NCBI GenBank assembly: GCA_951406725.2
Contig: OX597816.1
Location: 177,630,001 to 177,694,000, forward strand
Direction of reading: 5' to 3'
DNA from: Octopus vulgaris
Taxonomy: Eukaryota
DNA length: 64,000 nucleotides
Part shown: positions 26,300 through 41,265 of the stretch, one piece after another
How the letters are laid out: each line of letters begins with the position of its first letter
How positions within the stretch are numbered: position 1 is the first letter of the stretch
Position numbers and translations under genes: made by a program
The notes under the pieces: model-generated
What the model was told of the DNA's origin: nothing
Database searches by the model: none
What the model saw: only the letters and a program-made list of their open reading frames with translations

Positions 26300-28617
26300 T
26301 AGCTGCGGACTGACACTGGAACACACTTGCATTCAGTGATTCTGTTAAGAATGAGGTTTGGAAAAGATATGAATGGCGACTTAATGTGGAGAAAGCATAA
26401 GAGAGAGTCTTTCCAACGTGGATCCAACAGGGGCAGTTTACTTGACAGTAGAAGGATGGATAAACTAATTAAGGATCACGAAGGTGCGGAAAGTCTCTAG
26501 GTCATCAGAAATTACCGTTGAGAAGCTTAAAATATCTGGGAGAATAGTGCATGGCTAAGTCATCTGCATTGTTAATCAGGTTACACAGGAAAGTATCATA
26601 CCCAACGACAAGCATAGCATCATTACAGTCAACTGTTACAAGGGTAGAAGAGATACATGAGATAGAAGTAATTATTGAGATATCAAATTGCTAGCACAGA
26701 TCATGAAAGTTAGACAGAAATAGTTATAGCTCAATTAATTAGAAAGTGGATTGGTCGAGATCAGATGCAGCTTAGTTTTTTGTCAAGGAGGAATACGACT
26801 GATTTTCTCATCCTAGTAAGACAACTACAAGAAAAGTATTTAGCTAAAAATAAACCACCGTACTTTGGATCCGTTGATCTAGAGAAAGTTTTCGGCAGGG
26901 TGCCTGATCTAGTCGTCTCTGAGGAAGCTAGCGGTAGACAAATGACTTTTGAAGACCATACAACCCATGAAGAGGAAGCCATATCTGTAGGGTGAGAGTT
27001 AGCAACAAGTTCAGCAACGAATTTAATGTACATTCTATTTATCCTCGTTCTCCAAACCATAAGAGAGGAATTTAAGGTCGGTTGTCTTGGGAACTACTAT
27101 ATGCTGATGACCTCGTTCTTATAGCGGAATTTGTAGTAGAGCTAGAAAGGAAATTCTTGGTGTGGAAGCTAAACATGGAAATAAGATCCTTAAAACCAAC
27201 TTAGCCCAAACTAAATGAGGGAAAGCCAGGACTTTGCTCCCTTCGCGAAAATGAGCCAGCTTGGTGTGTAGAAGAGATGTTGGTGGAAATTCCATATGAT
27301 GTTATCAGTGAAAACTATAAACACACAAGAAGTAGACTCACAAAACTATGGACACACAAGAAGTGGACACATAAGAAGTGCAGTGGAATCACTGCATTTT
27401 TAATGGGAAAAGTAAACTTAGTTTGTGGTAGACGTGGAGTACCAATAAACACTAAGAAAACACAGAAAATATATTTTTTCGAATACACTGGAAAACAATG
27501 TTCTGAAATCATAATTGTTAGAAGAAAAATAAAATGGGAAAAGTTCATGGGGTTATAACCTCTGTTGGTAACAGAAGGTCCCTACCTCCAACTGCAAGGC
27601 GGATTGTACGATGTTTGTGTACAAATAGCAATGCAACATGATAGTGAGACGTATGCGTTAAATGCAGAAGACATGCAAACACTGGAAAGTATTGAAACTA
27701 GTTTCCCCTGGTGGGTGTGCGCCATCACAGTACGACAAAGTGCAAATTTGTTGAGAAAATAACTGGACATAAAAGGCTTCAGATGTAGTGTGTAAGAGAG
27801 AAGACTTTCCTGGTATGGTCACATGACGGCAAATATATAAAGTGTCAATAGTTTTAATGTGGATGGAACTCGTGGAAGAGGGTAACTGAGGAAAACATGG
27901 AAGGGATTAGTGAAGGCTGATCTCAAGATGCTGTGCCTGGAGATGGCAAAAGATCGCGATGCGTGGTGTTTCACTACAACTACTACAATGTACCTCTGTG
28001 CTTCTCTTTCCCTCTACATTTCTTTCTCTCCCCCCCTCCAACCCCACACATCATCCCCTTATTTATTGATCCATCTACAGTTTTGTTATTCAGCTGCGCA
28101 TCAATTTTCCTGTACTACCCTACTCGTCATCCCCTCCTTCCAGAGCTATTTCTTTTACCTTCATCCCAATATTGTTATGAGTACTCGACCACACCCACAC
28201 CATTGTGCATCATTCACTACATTGTACTCTACTCCCACTTCTAACCAACAGTCACTCTCCACACACCCATACAAACATATCCGCCAGCTCCACCTGATCT
28301 TCAATCCGTATTTTCATAATTACATTCTTGCACTTTGAGAATATGCTCCGACACCTGGTCCTCACGAGGGGAGGGCTTTTTTCTCTAAGTCAGGCAAGTT
28401 CCTTGGTGACTTCACCACTACAGATGTGACGAAAAACATCACCCACTACGCACCATAAAACAGGCACTGAGAAGGGCATTCAGTCATAGAGATCATGCCA
28501 TATCAGACATTGAGGATCGATGTAGTCCTCCGACTCGTTAGATGCTGTCAAATTGTCCATCACTTATCAACATGGAAAATAGACCTTAAATGATGATGAT
28601 GATGATGATGATGATGA
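26300..28617 (+). mobile_element. Decayed RTE-clade LINE
   Basis: LVRQLQEKYLAKNKP..VDLEKVF.RVP, ELLYADDLVLIA (~27090-27125), ERRLSWYGH, RTE-like 3' UTR and (GAT)n tail. Confidence 0.85.
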
Positions 28618-29117
28618 TATATTCATGCATGCATACATAAATATATATACATACATATTTGTGTGTGTGTGTGTATGTGTACACATACATATAGATAGAC
28701 AGATAGATCTAGGTAGGCAGGCAGGCAGGCAGGCAGGCAGGTAGGTAGGTAGGTAGGTAGGTAGGTAGGTAGGTAGGTAGGTAGGTAGATAGGGAGGGAG
28801 GGAGGTAGTTAAATACACACAAATACACGCACACACATACACACACACGAACATACACATTGAAGTATTACATATCTGTGTATTTCATTATGTTTGGGTG
28901 CTAGTGTGTGTGTGTGAGCCATAATGTATCATAAAGTAAGGTTTGTAAAATATATACAAGTATGTAATATACATGTTTTAATGCGTAAGCATCTGAGATA
29001 GAACTCACTACGTGATGTAGAGTGGAGTGGACACATCTATCAGCACCAGGCCAAGAATATAAGTATGTATATGTGTGTGTATATACAGTGAGAGGTGGGG
29101 CAGGGAAAGAGACATAG

Positions 29118-29184
<67 letters not shown>

Positions 29185-29247
29185 AGATAAGAAAAAAAAA
29201 TATTTATATATATACTTTATTTAAAGTAGCAGAAAATTCAAAAAAAT

Positions 29248-29285
29248 CTGTTACTCCGAGTTTCTCGCTACCGTTCATCAGACAG
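29248..29285 (-). ncRNA. Type I minimal hammerhead ribozyme
   Basis: Minus: CTGT CTGATGA ACG-GTAG-CGA GAAAC TCGGA GTA ACAG. 4-bp stem I, near-palindromic ACTCGGAGT, A/A mismatch at the base of stem II. Confidence 0.78.
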
Positions 29286-29401
29286 TTTTTCTAATAAAAA
29301 CTGTCTGATGAACGGCGCTTTAAATAAAGCATATTACTCTACCACTGGTATTTGAGTACTCTTTTTTTCCACCTTGTTTCACATTTATGTGTTTACTCCG
29401 G

Positions 29402-29436
<35 letters not shown>

Positions 29437-29828
29437 ATGATATATATATATATTCTATGTCTCTCTCTTTCTATATATATATATATATATATATATGCAT
29501 AGATAAACACCCAGACACACATCTTAAACGGTCCCAAAAGCCATCTACTTGATCTTTTGTCTTACTCTCATTCCTCAATTTCTCTACTTTGTTTTTCTTT
29601 TCGAAGTACCTCAAAGACTCGATTTACTATTCAGCTACTATTTTCCTTATACGTCCTACCATTCCGCTCAAGTAAGTGAGCGATGTACGTCGCAGTTTTC
29701 GCTTCTATGTCCTATGCAGGCTGAAGCCTGTAGTCTCAAAAGCACCAGTTGACATGTGTCACCACGTGTAAGTAATACGCGTAGCTTGCTGATAGAGAAG
29801 TTGTGTACTGACAAGAGTAAGAGAAGTC

Positions 29829-29927
29829 TATATAACACACTGCTCTCGTTTTGTAAGCAGTGGTAGCTTGTGGTGTGGGCCGAAGAAGAAAAGGAGTGAG
29901 GTGGGGAGAGAAGAAATGGCGAGTAAG
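29829..29927 (+). promoter_or_regulatory. Possible TATA promoter and short first exon
   Basis: TATATAA at 29829, Inr-like GCAGT ~28 nt downstream, AGAAATGGCGA followed by GTAAG donor at 29923; non-repetitive context. Confidence 0.2.
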
Positions 29928-30019
29928 CAGACACTTTGCAAACGCCTTACATTAATCAGTTGAGATACACGTACGCACAAGAAAACGCTTCATCGCATAC
30001 GCAAACTTATTCAGCCATG

Positions 30020-30054
<35 letters not shown>

Positions 30055-30289
30055 GCATACATGTACACGCACACTCGCCCACCAGCACAGGCAATCATAT
30101 TCGCGCACACATGCCCACGTACACACTCGTACGAATGCTCACACACACTACGCTCATACACGCACATACATACATATACGCACAAACCCTCTCAACCCCT
30201 TTCTACATATGTTTATTCGTATATGTGTGTGTGTGTGTGTGTTTGAAGACAGATAGTCAAACAGACTGGTAGACAGATAGACAGACAGA

Positions 30290-30580
<291 letters not shown>

Positions 30581-31622
30581 CAAACGGACAGAAATGGAGA
30601 AAGAGAGGGAAAGAGAGTAATACAAACCGATAGACAGACAGACATATATACACACACATATATATGTTTATATACATACACACCTACACACGCGCGCGCA
30701 TACATATATGGGTGGATTGATAAGAACAGCATATGCTATGAAGTTCTTTTGATGTCTGAACAATGAAAGAACACTTGACAACAGATCAATATTGGAGAGA
30801 CCCCGAAATTTGGCCTGGACCACCTCTTTTACCTTCTTCGTAGGCGACCAAAATAATACGGTGTATTCACATAGACAGGCACAAACACACACATACAAAT
30901 ACAGAGTCACATACATATACACACACTCGTATACATATTGAAGCGCTTGCATGACTTTAGATTTTACACGTAAACGTACATAAGAAGACTCTACCAAGTT
31001 TAAACCTAACTCTATAAACCTGAATCCAGTGCTTGAATAAGACGGAAATCAAGTAAACCAACCGCTGAGATTAAGCAGAGAATATACGGTCTACACGTAC
31101 AAATTTGCTAATACCCGGCGCAGTAATGCCATCTCCCATTCTCCAAAGCAGCAGCCTGACGTTATAACTTGGTCGGTTTTCAGTGGAAATACGTATACTA
31201 GTGGAACATTACAAGTAGCGCCACCTTAAGGTATGCAGTCACACTAAGCTGATAGAAATGGGAAACATATGGTCATGACGTCAAGATTGCTTTATCCAAT
31301 CTGAAGCTGAGCCAAGCTGCCGCAAGCTTGTTGCTGTTCTCTAACTTGCTTGATATTGCAGTCTTCAAGGATAGACACGGGTGAGGGGGCAAGTCATCGG
31401 CAAGTCTGCTGGAGCAAGTAGACATTTACGTTTTAAAATTACTTATTAGTAATTGTTTACAATTATCGTTAAAGTGATGGGAAATACTTAGATGAGAGAA
31501 TTCTAATGAAGAATTATCAAAAGAAAGAAAAATCCAGCTTATAAGGGAGACAACTGTTCGTTATAGAGCAACTGGAAAAATTATCTGGACGGTTATGTTG
31601 TTCAATGATGTATAACTAAATA

Positions 31623-32952
31623 TCAGGTCATCCCATAAGTTCCGTCCTATTTTACCTTTTTTAAAATTGAATTAAATTTAATAGTATTTTAGAATATCTA
31701 ATGGAATTAAAAAATATTTTTATCCAAGAGGAGGTCGAAACTTACATTTCAGAATTCTTCACTTTGAAACCAAACTGTACACATTTAAATTAATTAAATA
31801 TTATTTTACAGAATAATAGAATTAAAATTTATTTGATTAAAACCCTTTCTAACTTGGAAGTATCCAAAGAGCATTTGAGGCACGTAATGCTTTATGAGTA
31901 CAAAAAAGGAAACTCTGCAGCCGAAGTGACTCAAAACGTACACTCAGTTTATGGGGAAGAATGCTTGAATGAAAGAACTTGCAGAAGATGGTTTGCAAAC
32001 TTCAGAAGTGGAGATTTCAGCCTTGAAGATGAAGATCGAACAGGACGTCCAGTTGAGTTTGATGATAAAGCTCCTTGAGACATTACTTGAAGAAAATACT
32101 GCACTATCAGTTGAAGAATTGGCAATAAATCTTAGTTCAAGCCATACAACTGTTCATCGTCATCTTCAACAACTTGGAAAGGTTCCTAAACTTCGAAAAT
32201 GGGTGCCTCATGAATTGTCCGAAAGCAAACGCAAATCCCGGATTGACATCTGCTCTTCTCTCCATTCTCCCGAACCCATTTCACCCTTTTTGGATAGACT
32301 GGTGGCGAAAAATGGATCTTCTATCGAAATGTTAAACGTTATAAACAGTGGTTTGGTAAAAGGGAAAAGGCTCAACCACAACCGAAAAGGGAACTTCATG
32401 GGAAAAAGGTTCTTCTCTCTATCTGGTGGGATTGCAAAGGAGTAATTCACTTTGAATTCTTACCACCTAATGCAACAATCAATACTCAAGTCTACTGTCA
32501 GCAATTAGAGCGTTTGTATCAAGATTTGAAGAAAAAAAAGACCCGCTTTAGTGAATCGAAAAGGAGTGATATTTCATCAGGACAATGCGCAACCCCACAT
32601 TGCAAAGATCACATCACAGAAGATTGAGGAGCTTGGTTGGGAAAAAATTCCTCATCCACCTTATTCTTCTGACCTTGCTCATTCAGACTGCCATTTGTTT
32701 CGTAGTTTACAGAATCATTTGGGGGACATAACTTTCGCAAGCCAAAAGGAGGTCGAAACTGACATTTCAGAGTTCTTCGCTTTGAAACCAAAAGAGTTTT
32801 ATATTGATCGGATTAAAAAGCGTGTAAATAGATGGAAGGAAGTCATAGATAATCAGGGAAAGTACATTGATGGTTAAATTTCAATTAAAAATAACATTTG
32901 ATCACTTGTTTTCTTTATTCAAAATTCGGACAGAACTTATGGGATGACCTGA
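31623..32952 (+). mobile_element. Mariner transposon, full length (~1.33 kb), transposase pseudogene
   Basis: TA|tcaggtcatcccataagttc.gtcc ... ggacagaacttatgggatgacctga|TA. WVPHEL, HQDNAQPH, HPPYSSDLAHSD; frameshifts. Confidence 0.95.
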
Positions 32953-33186
32953 TATATCAATAGAAATAATCTTACATATTTGTAGTCCTTCATTTGTTAC
33001 AAGGAGATCCATGGCATTTCTAGCGACTCTTTACCTCATTGTTAATTTTATAATAGAGTAGAGCTCGACTTTGCCTTTCATCCTTTCGGGGTCAATAACA
33101 TATTTACCAGTTGAACACTGAAGACAATGTAATCGATTTCCCCCCTCCCTACAATTTGCTGGCCAAAATCTGAAACCATTATTATT

Positions 33187-33239
<53 letters not shown>

Positions 33240-33387
33240 TATTATTATTATTTTTATCGTGTGCTTTCACTACACTGCCGATCCCAGCTTTGTGTGCCAT
33301 AGGTAATGTGTAAGTGATTTGTTTTGGAGTTGTTGTTGTTGTTGTTGTTATTAATATTATTATCATCATCATTATTATTATTATTAT

Positions 33388-33456
<69 letters not shown>

Positions 33457-33971
33457 GGAGGAGGAGGCATAGGAGGAGAGGTATAGATTTAATTTTGCCC
33501 CAGTATCAATAAATAATAGGTTTGGCTATGCTCCTATATGATATGCATCTACAGATAGGCATCTCTCATGTTGGGTTACGTGATTTTATGGAAATTATAA
33601 AGTATGACCGTTAATTTCGGGATACAGACCATTACATCGCCCTTACGAAAACTCGGATAAAGTTAAAGGATTTCACAACTGCAATTTCTTTCTAGACAAA
33701 GGGCCGTTTCACGGCGTTTTAGCTAAGACCAAAATACAGTTAACCAACTTGGAAAACTACAATCACAATGCATAGATATGTGTGTTTATGTGCGATTGTA
33801 TCTGTGCGTGTGTGCGTGTGCATATGCATGTATGTGTGTGTGTGTGTAAGTGCTTGTGTGTGTGTGTGTGTGTGTGTTTAGGTGCTTGTGTGTGTGTGTG
33901 TGTGAGTGAGTGTGTGTGTGTGTGTTTAGGTGCTTGTGTGTGTGTGTGTGCTTGTGTGTGTGTGTGTGTGA

Positions 33972-34008
<37 letters not shown>

Positions 34009-34091
34009 CCGCCATAAACACTTAGGCAGCATGAGGTTGAATTTTTCAGTGTGGTGTCTTTGTACACTTCTTAGTTCTGAGTACCTGTATA

Positions 34092-34128
<37 letters not shown>

Positions 34129-34186
34129 TCTCTCTCCATATGCACACGTACACATATTTATCAACCGTCAACGCCAAAATCAATAC

Positions 34187-34415
34187 CTATTTCTTTATTA
34201 CCCACAAGGGGCTAAACACAGAGGGGACAAACAAGGACAGACATAGGTATTAAGTCGATTATATCGACCCCAGTGCGTAACTGGTACTTAATTTATCGAC
34301 CCCGAAAGGATGAAAGGCAAAGTCGACCTCGGCGGAATTTGAACTCAGAACGTAACAGCAGACGAAATACGGCTACGCATTTCGCACGGCGTGCTAACGT
34401 TTCTGCCAGCTCGCC
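34187..34415 (-). mobile_element. SINE family B, well preserved
   Basis: actggtacttaatttatcgaccccgaaaggatgaaaggcaaagtcgacctcggcggaatttgaactc. Confidence 0.9.
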
Positions 34416-34673
34416 TATTACCAACCCACCAACTTCTTAATGATCAACGACAGCAACATTAGTACGAACAAGATCAACAGCTCCACACCTAAAATCGAAG
34501 ACAATGACATGAAATAATATAGATAGATGTATTAAAGAATGTTGGATGAAATGTCTTGAATCGTAGGTCAGGGAGAACTGACTTGCGATTAAATGGTAAA
34601 ACTATACAAGAACAATATGACTACTACTATCACCCACGAAAATGCCACCATCACCACCATCATCACCGCCACC

Positions 34674-34705
<32 letters not shown>

Positions 34706-36033
34706 CAACAGTGCTAACACTCCAAATATTGAATAACTGACAATAACAGTAATTATATCAGCCTGATAGCAATGTTTGGAGCCCCATATGTTATATGGCA
34801 ACAGAATGGTGTGTGCGTGTGTGTGTGCGCGCGCATATGGGTGTGCATTTGTGTGTTTGTGAGTAGAGTGTGGAATTTTATGGCTCAAGTCAGCGGTGCA
34901 AGGAGCGAAGTGCCCCTGAATCTGTTAACACCTCAATTAAATGAAATAATTCAACCGTTCCTTTCCCAATTCTCCTCCAGCCTTTCATTTCCTCATTTCC
35001 ATTCTTATATCAATGGAAATAACTTATCTATTTTGTTCTCACAAGACAGTTTTTTCTGTTATTTTTTTTTAATTTTAAAATTTTTTACTGTAGATAGTTG
35101 ATGATCACCGCCGCGGTTGGATGTACCTTCACTTTTAGATATCTGGAAGCAAGCCGTCAAGTGGAATTGAAGTCAGTAGTGTGGAAAAGAATAGCAAAGA
35201 GATTACACTCGAATTTGAAGGAGCCATGGAAGATGATGTGATTAAGTTGCTTAATTACTGTCTGAATTTCGCTTCGTCTTTCTATGGCTGCACAAGAAAA
35301 TTTGCCAAAAATATGGCTTTAAAATTACCTGTGAATTGAATGAATGCACATGAAAGCATTTACAGACGCTAACGTCATAAATGAACTTCATTAAAGCAAA
35401 CATTTTCTAAAACAGTTTATATAAAGAAGTGTTTATGGAAAATATTTGTCAGTCACCTTTTCCTAAAATCCCGACCCTTATTTTCAACATGTGTCATTTA
35501 TTTCCTAGTTGACGTCAGTTAGACGACTATATATTTATTACATACTAGAATAAAGAAATATATATATTTATTACGTACTAGGGCGTATTCAGTTATATCC
35601 CTTTACGTTCTGGGTTTAAATTCCCACCGGTATCGGCTTTGCTTTTAACCCTTGTAGTACTGATAAAGTAAGTATCAGTCTAATTGTGGTCGATTTTATT
35701 AGCTATATGTATTCGACGAGAATTGTGCCTATGCTAGAAATTCGTATATTATTTGTTACGACGTAAGCACTATAGAATTGATCGAATTGGTAGAACAACA
35801 GTATGTAGTTATGTCTTTCAACATTCTGAGATCAAATCCACCAAGGTCAGCTTCACCTTTCAGTTTCTAGGAGTTGATAGAATAAATACGAATCATGTAC
35901 AGTTTCCGATTGAATCGACTGCGCCTCTCAGAAACAATACGTGGCATTGTGCCAAGAGCCTGAAATCAGTATAAATTAGGTTCGAATATTAGTTTATTCA
36001 TTTCGAAATCAATATTAATTAGGTCTGTTGGGA

Positions 36034-36830
36034 AGGCGGCGAGCTGGCAGAATCGTTAGTATGCCGGGCGAAATGCTTACCGGCATTTCGTCTGTCTTTA
36101 CGTTTTGAGTTCAAATTCCGCCGTGGTCAACTTTGCCTTTCATCCTCGCAGGTTGATAAGATAGGTACCAGTTGATCACTGGGATCGATGTAATCGACTT
36201 AGTGCCTCCTTCGAAATTGCTCGCTTTGTGCGAAAATTTGAAACCAATTCGGTCTGTCAAGGGTATCTTAGTTTAATGGTAGAGAGCACTGAGCCGGAAT
36301 TTGAGAGAAACCGGGTTCGATTCTCTGTAGAGGCTTGCTGGCCCCTGTTTTGGCCTTGTGCTAGATTGTGAAACCAATATTAATTAGATCAAAGGTGGTG
36401 AGCTGGCAGAATCGTTTGCGCACCGGGCGAAATGCTTAGCGGCATTTCGTCTGTCTTTACGCTCTGAGTTCAAATTCCACCGTGGTCGACTTTGCTTTCA
36501 TCCTTTCGAGGTCAATAAAATAAGTACCAGTTGACTACTGGGCTCGATGTAAACGATTTACCCCCTCCCCTGAAATTTCCGACCTTGTGTCCATAAAAGA
36601 AAGGAACAATACTTAGATCTAAGGCGTGAACGCGCAGAGTCGTCAGCGCGTCGGACAAAATGCTTAGCGGCATTTCCTCCGTCTCTACGTTCTGAATTCA
36701 AATTTCGCCGATGTTGACTTGGACTTTAATCATTTAGGGATCAATAATATAAAGTACCAACTTTATATAATCGACTTACCCACTTCCTCGAACTTGCTGG
36801 CCTTGTGCCAAAATTTGAAGCCAGTATTGA
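36034..36830 (+). mobile_element. Cluster of three head-to-tail SINE family B copies (36034, 36392, 36622)
   Basis: Repeated ggcggcgagctggcagaatcgttag heads and gcctttcatcc cores. Confidence 0.85.
36261..36335 (+). pseudogene. tRNA-like sequence (tRNA pseudogene or isolated SINE head)
   Basis: A box tagtttaatggtaga and B box ggttcgattc; acceptor stem does not close. Confidence 0.4.
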
Positions 36831-37533
36831 TTAGGTCTAAATATAGATTTATATTCTATATAAAATTATAAAATCAAAAATAAAAGTCAGAAATATATAT
36901 AAATCCCAATACTGATTGCTACATTTTACATCAGAAGTTTATGTGCACTAACAGTTTTAAGAAAGGAGGTGAAACGTTTGATGCAGTGTATATACAATAT
37001 TATTTTCAGAGAAAATAAATATAACTAACGAATGACGTCAAAGTTTTGATTAAAACTTAATTTTTTTTACAGATGACTCAACGTTGTATTTGTCTTGCCA
37101 TTTGTTGTCAATTAATGAATATTCATTTAAAACAGAAGGCAGAGATGAGTAACACTTGACCTTGACGAATTGTTGACTAAATACCTTAAGAAAATTTAGT
37201 TTTCGTCACGTTTGTTCTTCTGTATTCTGAGTTAAACTGCACTGGATCGAATTTGCCCTTCGTTGCCTAAGGATCAATAAAATATTAGAAACTTGTGTAG
37301 TTTTTCGCCTGAAAAATCTAGGCTGTACTTAGTGAAAATAAATTAATTTGTGACACATGAAAAAATAATTGATATAGGGTATCAGTTAATATTCGTTTTT
37401 GTTACCATCAGATACTGAAAGTTGCAGCTCCTCCAGTTGGTAGTTGGCATGTCAGGGACGTCGTTCAGTCCAAGATCAGTGCTGTTCAAAATGATCTTTG
37501 AGTAAAGGCATTCAGAAACGTATTTTTCTAGGC

Positions 37534-37568
<35 letters not shown>

Positions 37569-37588
37569 TTTTACATATATGTGTATTA

Positions 37589-37648
<60 letters not shown>

Positions 37649-39834
37649 GTATGTATATATATATATATATATATAAGCGTGTATATATATTATACATTAT
37701 ATATATATAAGTCATATGTATGTGTGTGTATGCGTAAGATTGTGTGTCTGTGTGTGTGTGTGTGTGTGTGAGTGTTTGTGTAACTGCAATATTATCTCGG
37801 TTTCATTTGTTTTTAAGATCATAGGCTGTGATATGAAAGCGATTTGCTTGTTATTCTTAAGTAGTGGAACGACCAGGAAAATGTTCCCTTGCTCATTGCT
37901 GCCTCCATCTTAAGGCATGGACACACTGGGAAGTTACCCGGGAGCCAAATGGGTCTGGTGGCTCTTGTCTAGGGGCCCCAATAGCAAATTATTCCGTTTC
38001 CAGACCTGTAATGCCATTATGACAGCCCTACTCACACTGGCTCTGAAATATTTATGCTTAGTATTCTATCAGCGATGATATACTGTGTCCACAGCTAAAT
38101 ATTGCACCGTCAGATATCCTAGACCACTTAGCTGTATACAAAGATTGTACAGCTGGTTAAGTTTTCTGTTGTTGGCAGCTGTAACACTGTATAACAGAAG
38201 GATGATATAGACCCACTGTTTTTATGAATACCGACTAAGAATGCTTTTGAAGTTGTCAATCTTTCAGTTCAAAGTTAGGGATTGCGGAAATTAAGACTGC
38301 CCCATAAATTGATTAATAAGGGAGAGCTGGGAGATATTTAGCTTAGTTGAAAGAAGTATTTGCTGGAACTAGAGAAAATTTCAGTAAAATATTAATAAAA
38401 ATGTGCGTTTTGAAAAGCGAAAACTGCTGTTAAATAGTTGGTGTAACTTTTTGTGGAATGGGATCGGGCAAATATAATAATATTCTCCCCAAAATTTTGG
38501 ATGATAACAAATACTTATTTAACATTTGTAGGAGACAACTTCAGAGTCTCAATAATAGTGTTTTCTTGCACTATACGAAACTTTAAGGATAGTCAGAGAT
38601 GAACCTCGATATTTTTTTTAAGGTTTCAGTTCCCCATTTCGCGAAGCAAATGTCTTGTCAGGGGTAGGTTAGATAATATTGTTTAATACTTCACTATATG
38701 GGAGATTTGAACCAGTAGAGAATTCGAAGACAAAACTTTGATATACTTGGTTATCTTGAGGAAAAGAATGAAGGAAGGTTGGTAGCGGTCATAAAAAATG
38801 TATTGAATTATGTTCCATGCTTGAAGTAAGAAATAAGTTACATGTGTCTTGAGTAGCAAATGGACAGACGATAATATGGGTGAAGAAGAGACTTGGAGAG
38901 CAGAGCACATATATGTGGTTAAAAAGCAGGAAACTGCGCTATTTCCGAACCTGAAATGTTTGTATTATGATATGAACCGAAGTCAGAAAGATCTAAAATC
39001 TTCATATAAAGAGCAACTGAGATCACGTATAAGGATATTTCGGGGTGTAGTGTAGCCTGGATGACGACATTAAAGGAAGGAGATACATATTTAAAGAATT
39101 TGTTTGATTAATATCCTTCAGAAATTAACATTATTTGAGAAAAGTTGGAAGAAATTAAAAAGATTTTCAGATATATGGACTATGTATGTATTTGGTTTTA
39201 ACAGAGAAACTATTAAAAAGCACGATGAAAAAATTGCAATCCAAGATGATTTCTCGGGAGAACATTCCGTGTGTGTTCTAACTGATTTCCTTGATAATTA
39301 AGGTGAGGGTGTATAGTATCTACCTCAATACTTGAATAGTGTTTTATTTTATTGATTCTATTTTACTCTCGAAGGATGAAAGGCAAATGTAACCTCGGTG
39401 GGATCTGAATTCAGAATGTAATGAGCCATGATTAAATACCACAGGTTATTTTGTTCGATGCTCCAACGGATTTTTGAGGAGGGATTAATTCATTCAATTG
39501 ACCATTGTTCTTATATTTCATCGACTTTGGAAGGATGAAATGCAAACTTGGCATCTGTGAGATTTGAGACGTAACTAAGGCATTTAGTCCGACGCTCTGC
39601 TGATTCTGGCAATTCACACTTTTTTCGTTAATTAGTAAATACGCCAAGTAATTAATTAGTATATCATTATTCCTTTGAAACTCACACTATTTAGATGTTG
39701 ATTAGAATTAACCCGATCAATTACTTCACAAAGTTGAATATGGTGGATATAAGGAGTGAAGCAAATTCAAACATACTGAACAGCATATTAAGAGTGAGGT
39801 GGTTTCTTGTTATTTAAGAAGTCGGTTTGAATTA

Positions 39835-39892
<58 letters not shown>

Positions 39893-40089
39893 GTGGGGGA
39901 GCATCATAGCCATGTGTTGAGAGGGATTCTTTGGGGTTTGAATAATTCACCTCTGGAAACATGGGTGGTTCTTTCAACATCCTTAAACAACCCTTATTCA
40001 GGGACCTTTTGAGCGGGGTGGGCTAATTATCATCATCATCATCATCATCATCATTATTATTATTATTATTATTATCATTATCATCATCA

Positions 40090-40145
<56 letters not shown>

Positions 40146-40155
40146 GTTATTATTA

Positions 40156-40552
40156 AGGCGGCGAGCTGGCAGAATCGTTAGCACACCGGGCGAAATGCCT
40201 AGCGGTATTTCGTCTGTCTTTATGTTCTGAGTTCAAATTCCGCCGAGGTCTACTTTGCCTTTCATCCTTTCGGGGTCGATTAAATAAGTACCAGTTACGC
40301 ACTGGGGTCGATATAATCGACTTAATCCGTTTGTCTGTCCCTGTTTGTTCCCTCTGTATTTAGCCCCTTGTGGGTAGTAAATAAATAGGTATTTCGTCTT
40401 CCGCTACGTTCTGAGTTCAAATTCCATCGGGGTCGACTTTGCCTTTCATCCTTTCAGGGATGATCAAATAAGTATTAGTTGTGCACTGGGGTCGATGTAA
40501 TCGACTTAACCCCTTCCTTAAAACTGCTGCCCTTGTGGCAAAATTTCAAGCC
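40156..40552 (+). mobile_element. SINE family B with duplicated body, between (TAT)n and (TAA)n tracts
   Basis: Two successive gagttcaaattcc..gcctttcatcctttc cores. Confidence 0.85.
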
Positions 40553-40607
<55 letters not shown>

Positions 40608-40862
40608 CAAGTGTTATCCTTAACGTCTTATGTATTCCCGCCCTGTACATACGAAAGCGCCCGCATCAGGGGCAGTCATCTGGCGTCGGGTGGTCATAAT
40701 GCCACAACAGATCACATATACTGTCTGCGCAAAAACAGATTATTATTATTATTATTATTATTATTAATATTATTATTATTATTATTATTATTATCATTAT
40801 TATTATTATTGTTGTTGTTGTTATTCTTATTCCGTTATTATTCCAAGTTCAAATGCCGCCGA

Positions 40863-41265
40863 GGTTGTTTTACGTAGGATGTCTGCGGTACCTAGTACTG
40901 CTATATTCTGTATGTTATAAATACTTGTAAGTACTGTTGTTTTTGTTATGTATTTGAACGCTTTTTTTATCATACCTAATGCGCCTACTATGATTGGAAT
41001 TGTTTCTGTTTTTAGACTCCACATTCGAGTTACCCCTATTTCTAAATCTTTGTATTTTGAAAGTGTCTCCGTTTATTTTAGAAAAATATTGTCATCTCTT
41101 GGTATCATCGATTAGAAAGCATTTTTCTTGTTGATTTCTGACAACTATATCCGGCCTTCTAGCCTAGATTTCTCTGTGTGTATTGGCATATCCCATGGTA
41201 TGATTACCTGCTCATTTTCTGTGACTTTTTCTGACGTGCGCCTATATCATCTTTGTTTTTTTCTA
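40863..41265 (-). mobile_element. RLE endonuclease C-terminus of an R4/Dong-like LINE
   Basis: MWSLKTETIPIIVGALGMIKK...IQNIAVLGTADILRKT; upstream WDMPIHTE..ARRPDIV is readable on the minus strand. Confidence 0.75.

Noticed and set aside
36261-36335. Functional tRNA gene
   Set aside because: A and B boxes are present but the acceptor and anticodon stems do not pair; kept only as a tRNA-like relic
38250-39300. Possible very old LINE remnant
   Set aside because: No diagnostic RT or endonuclease motif could be read reliably
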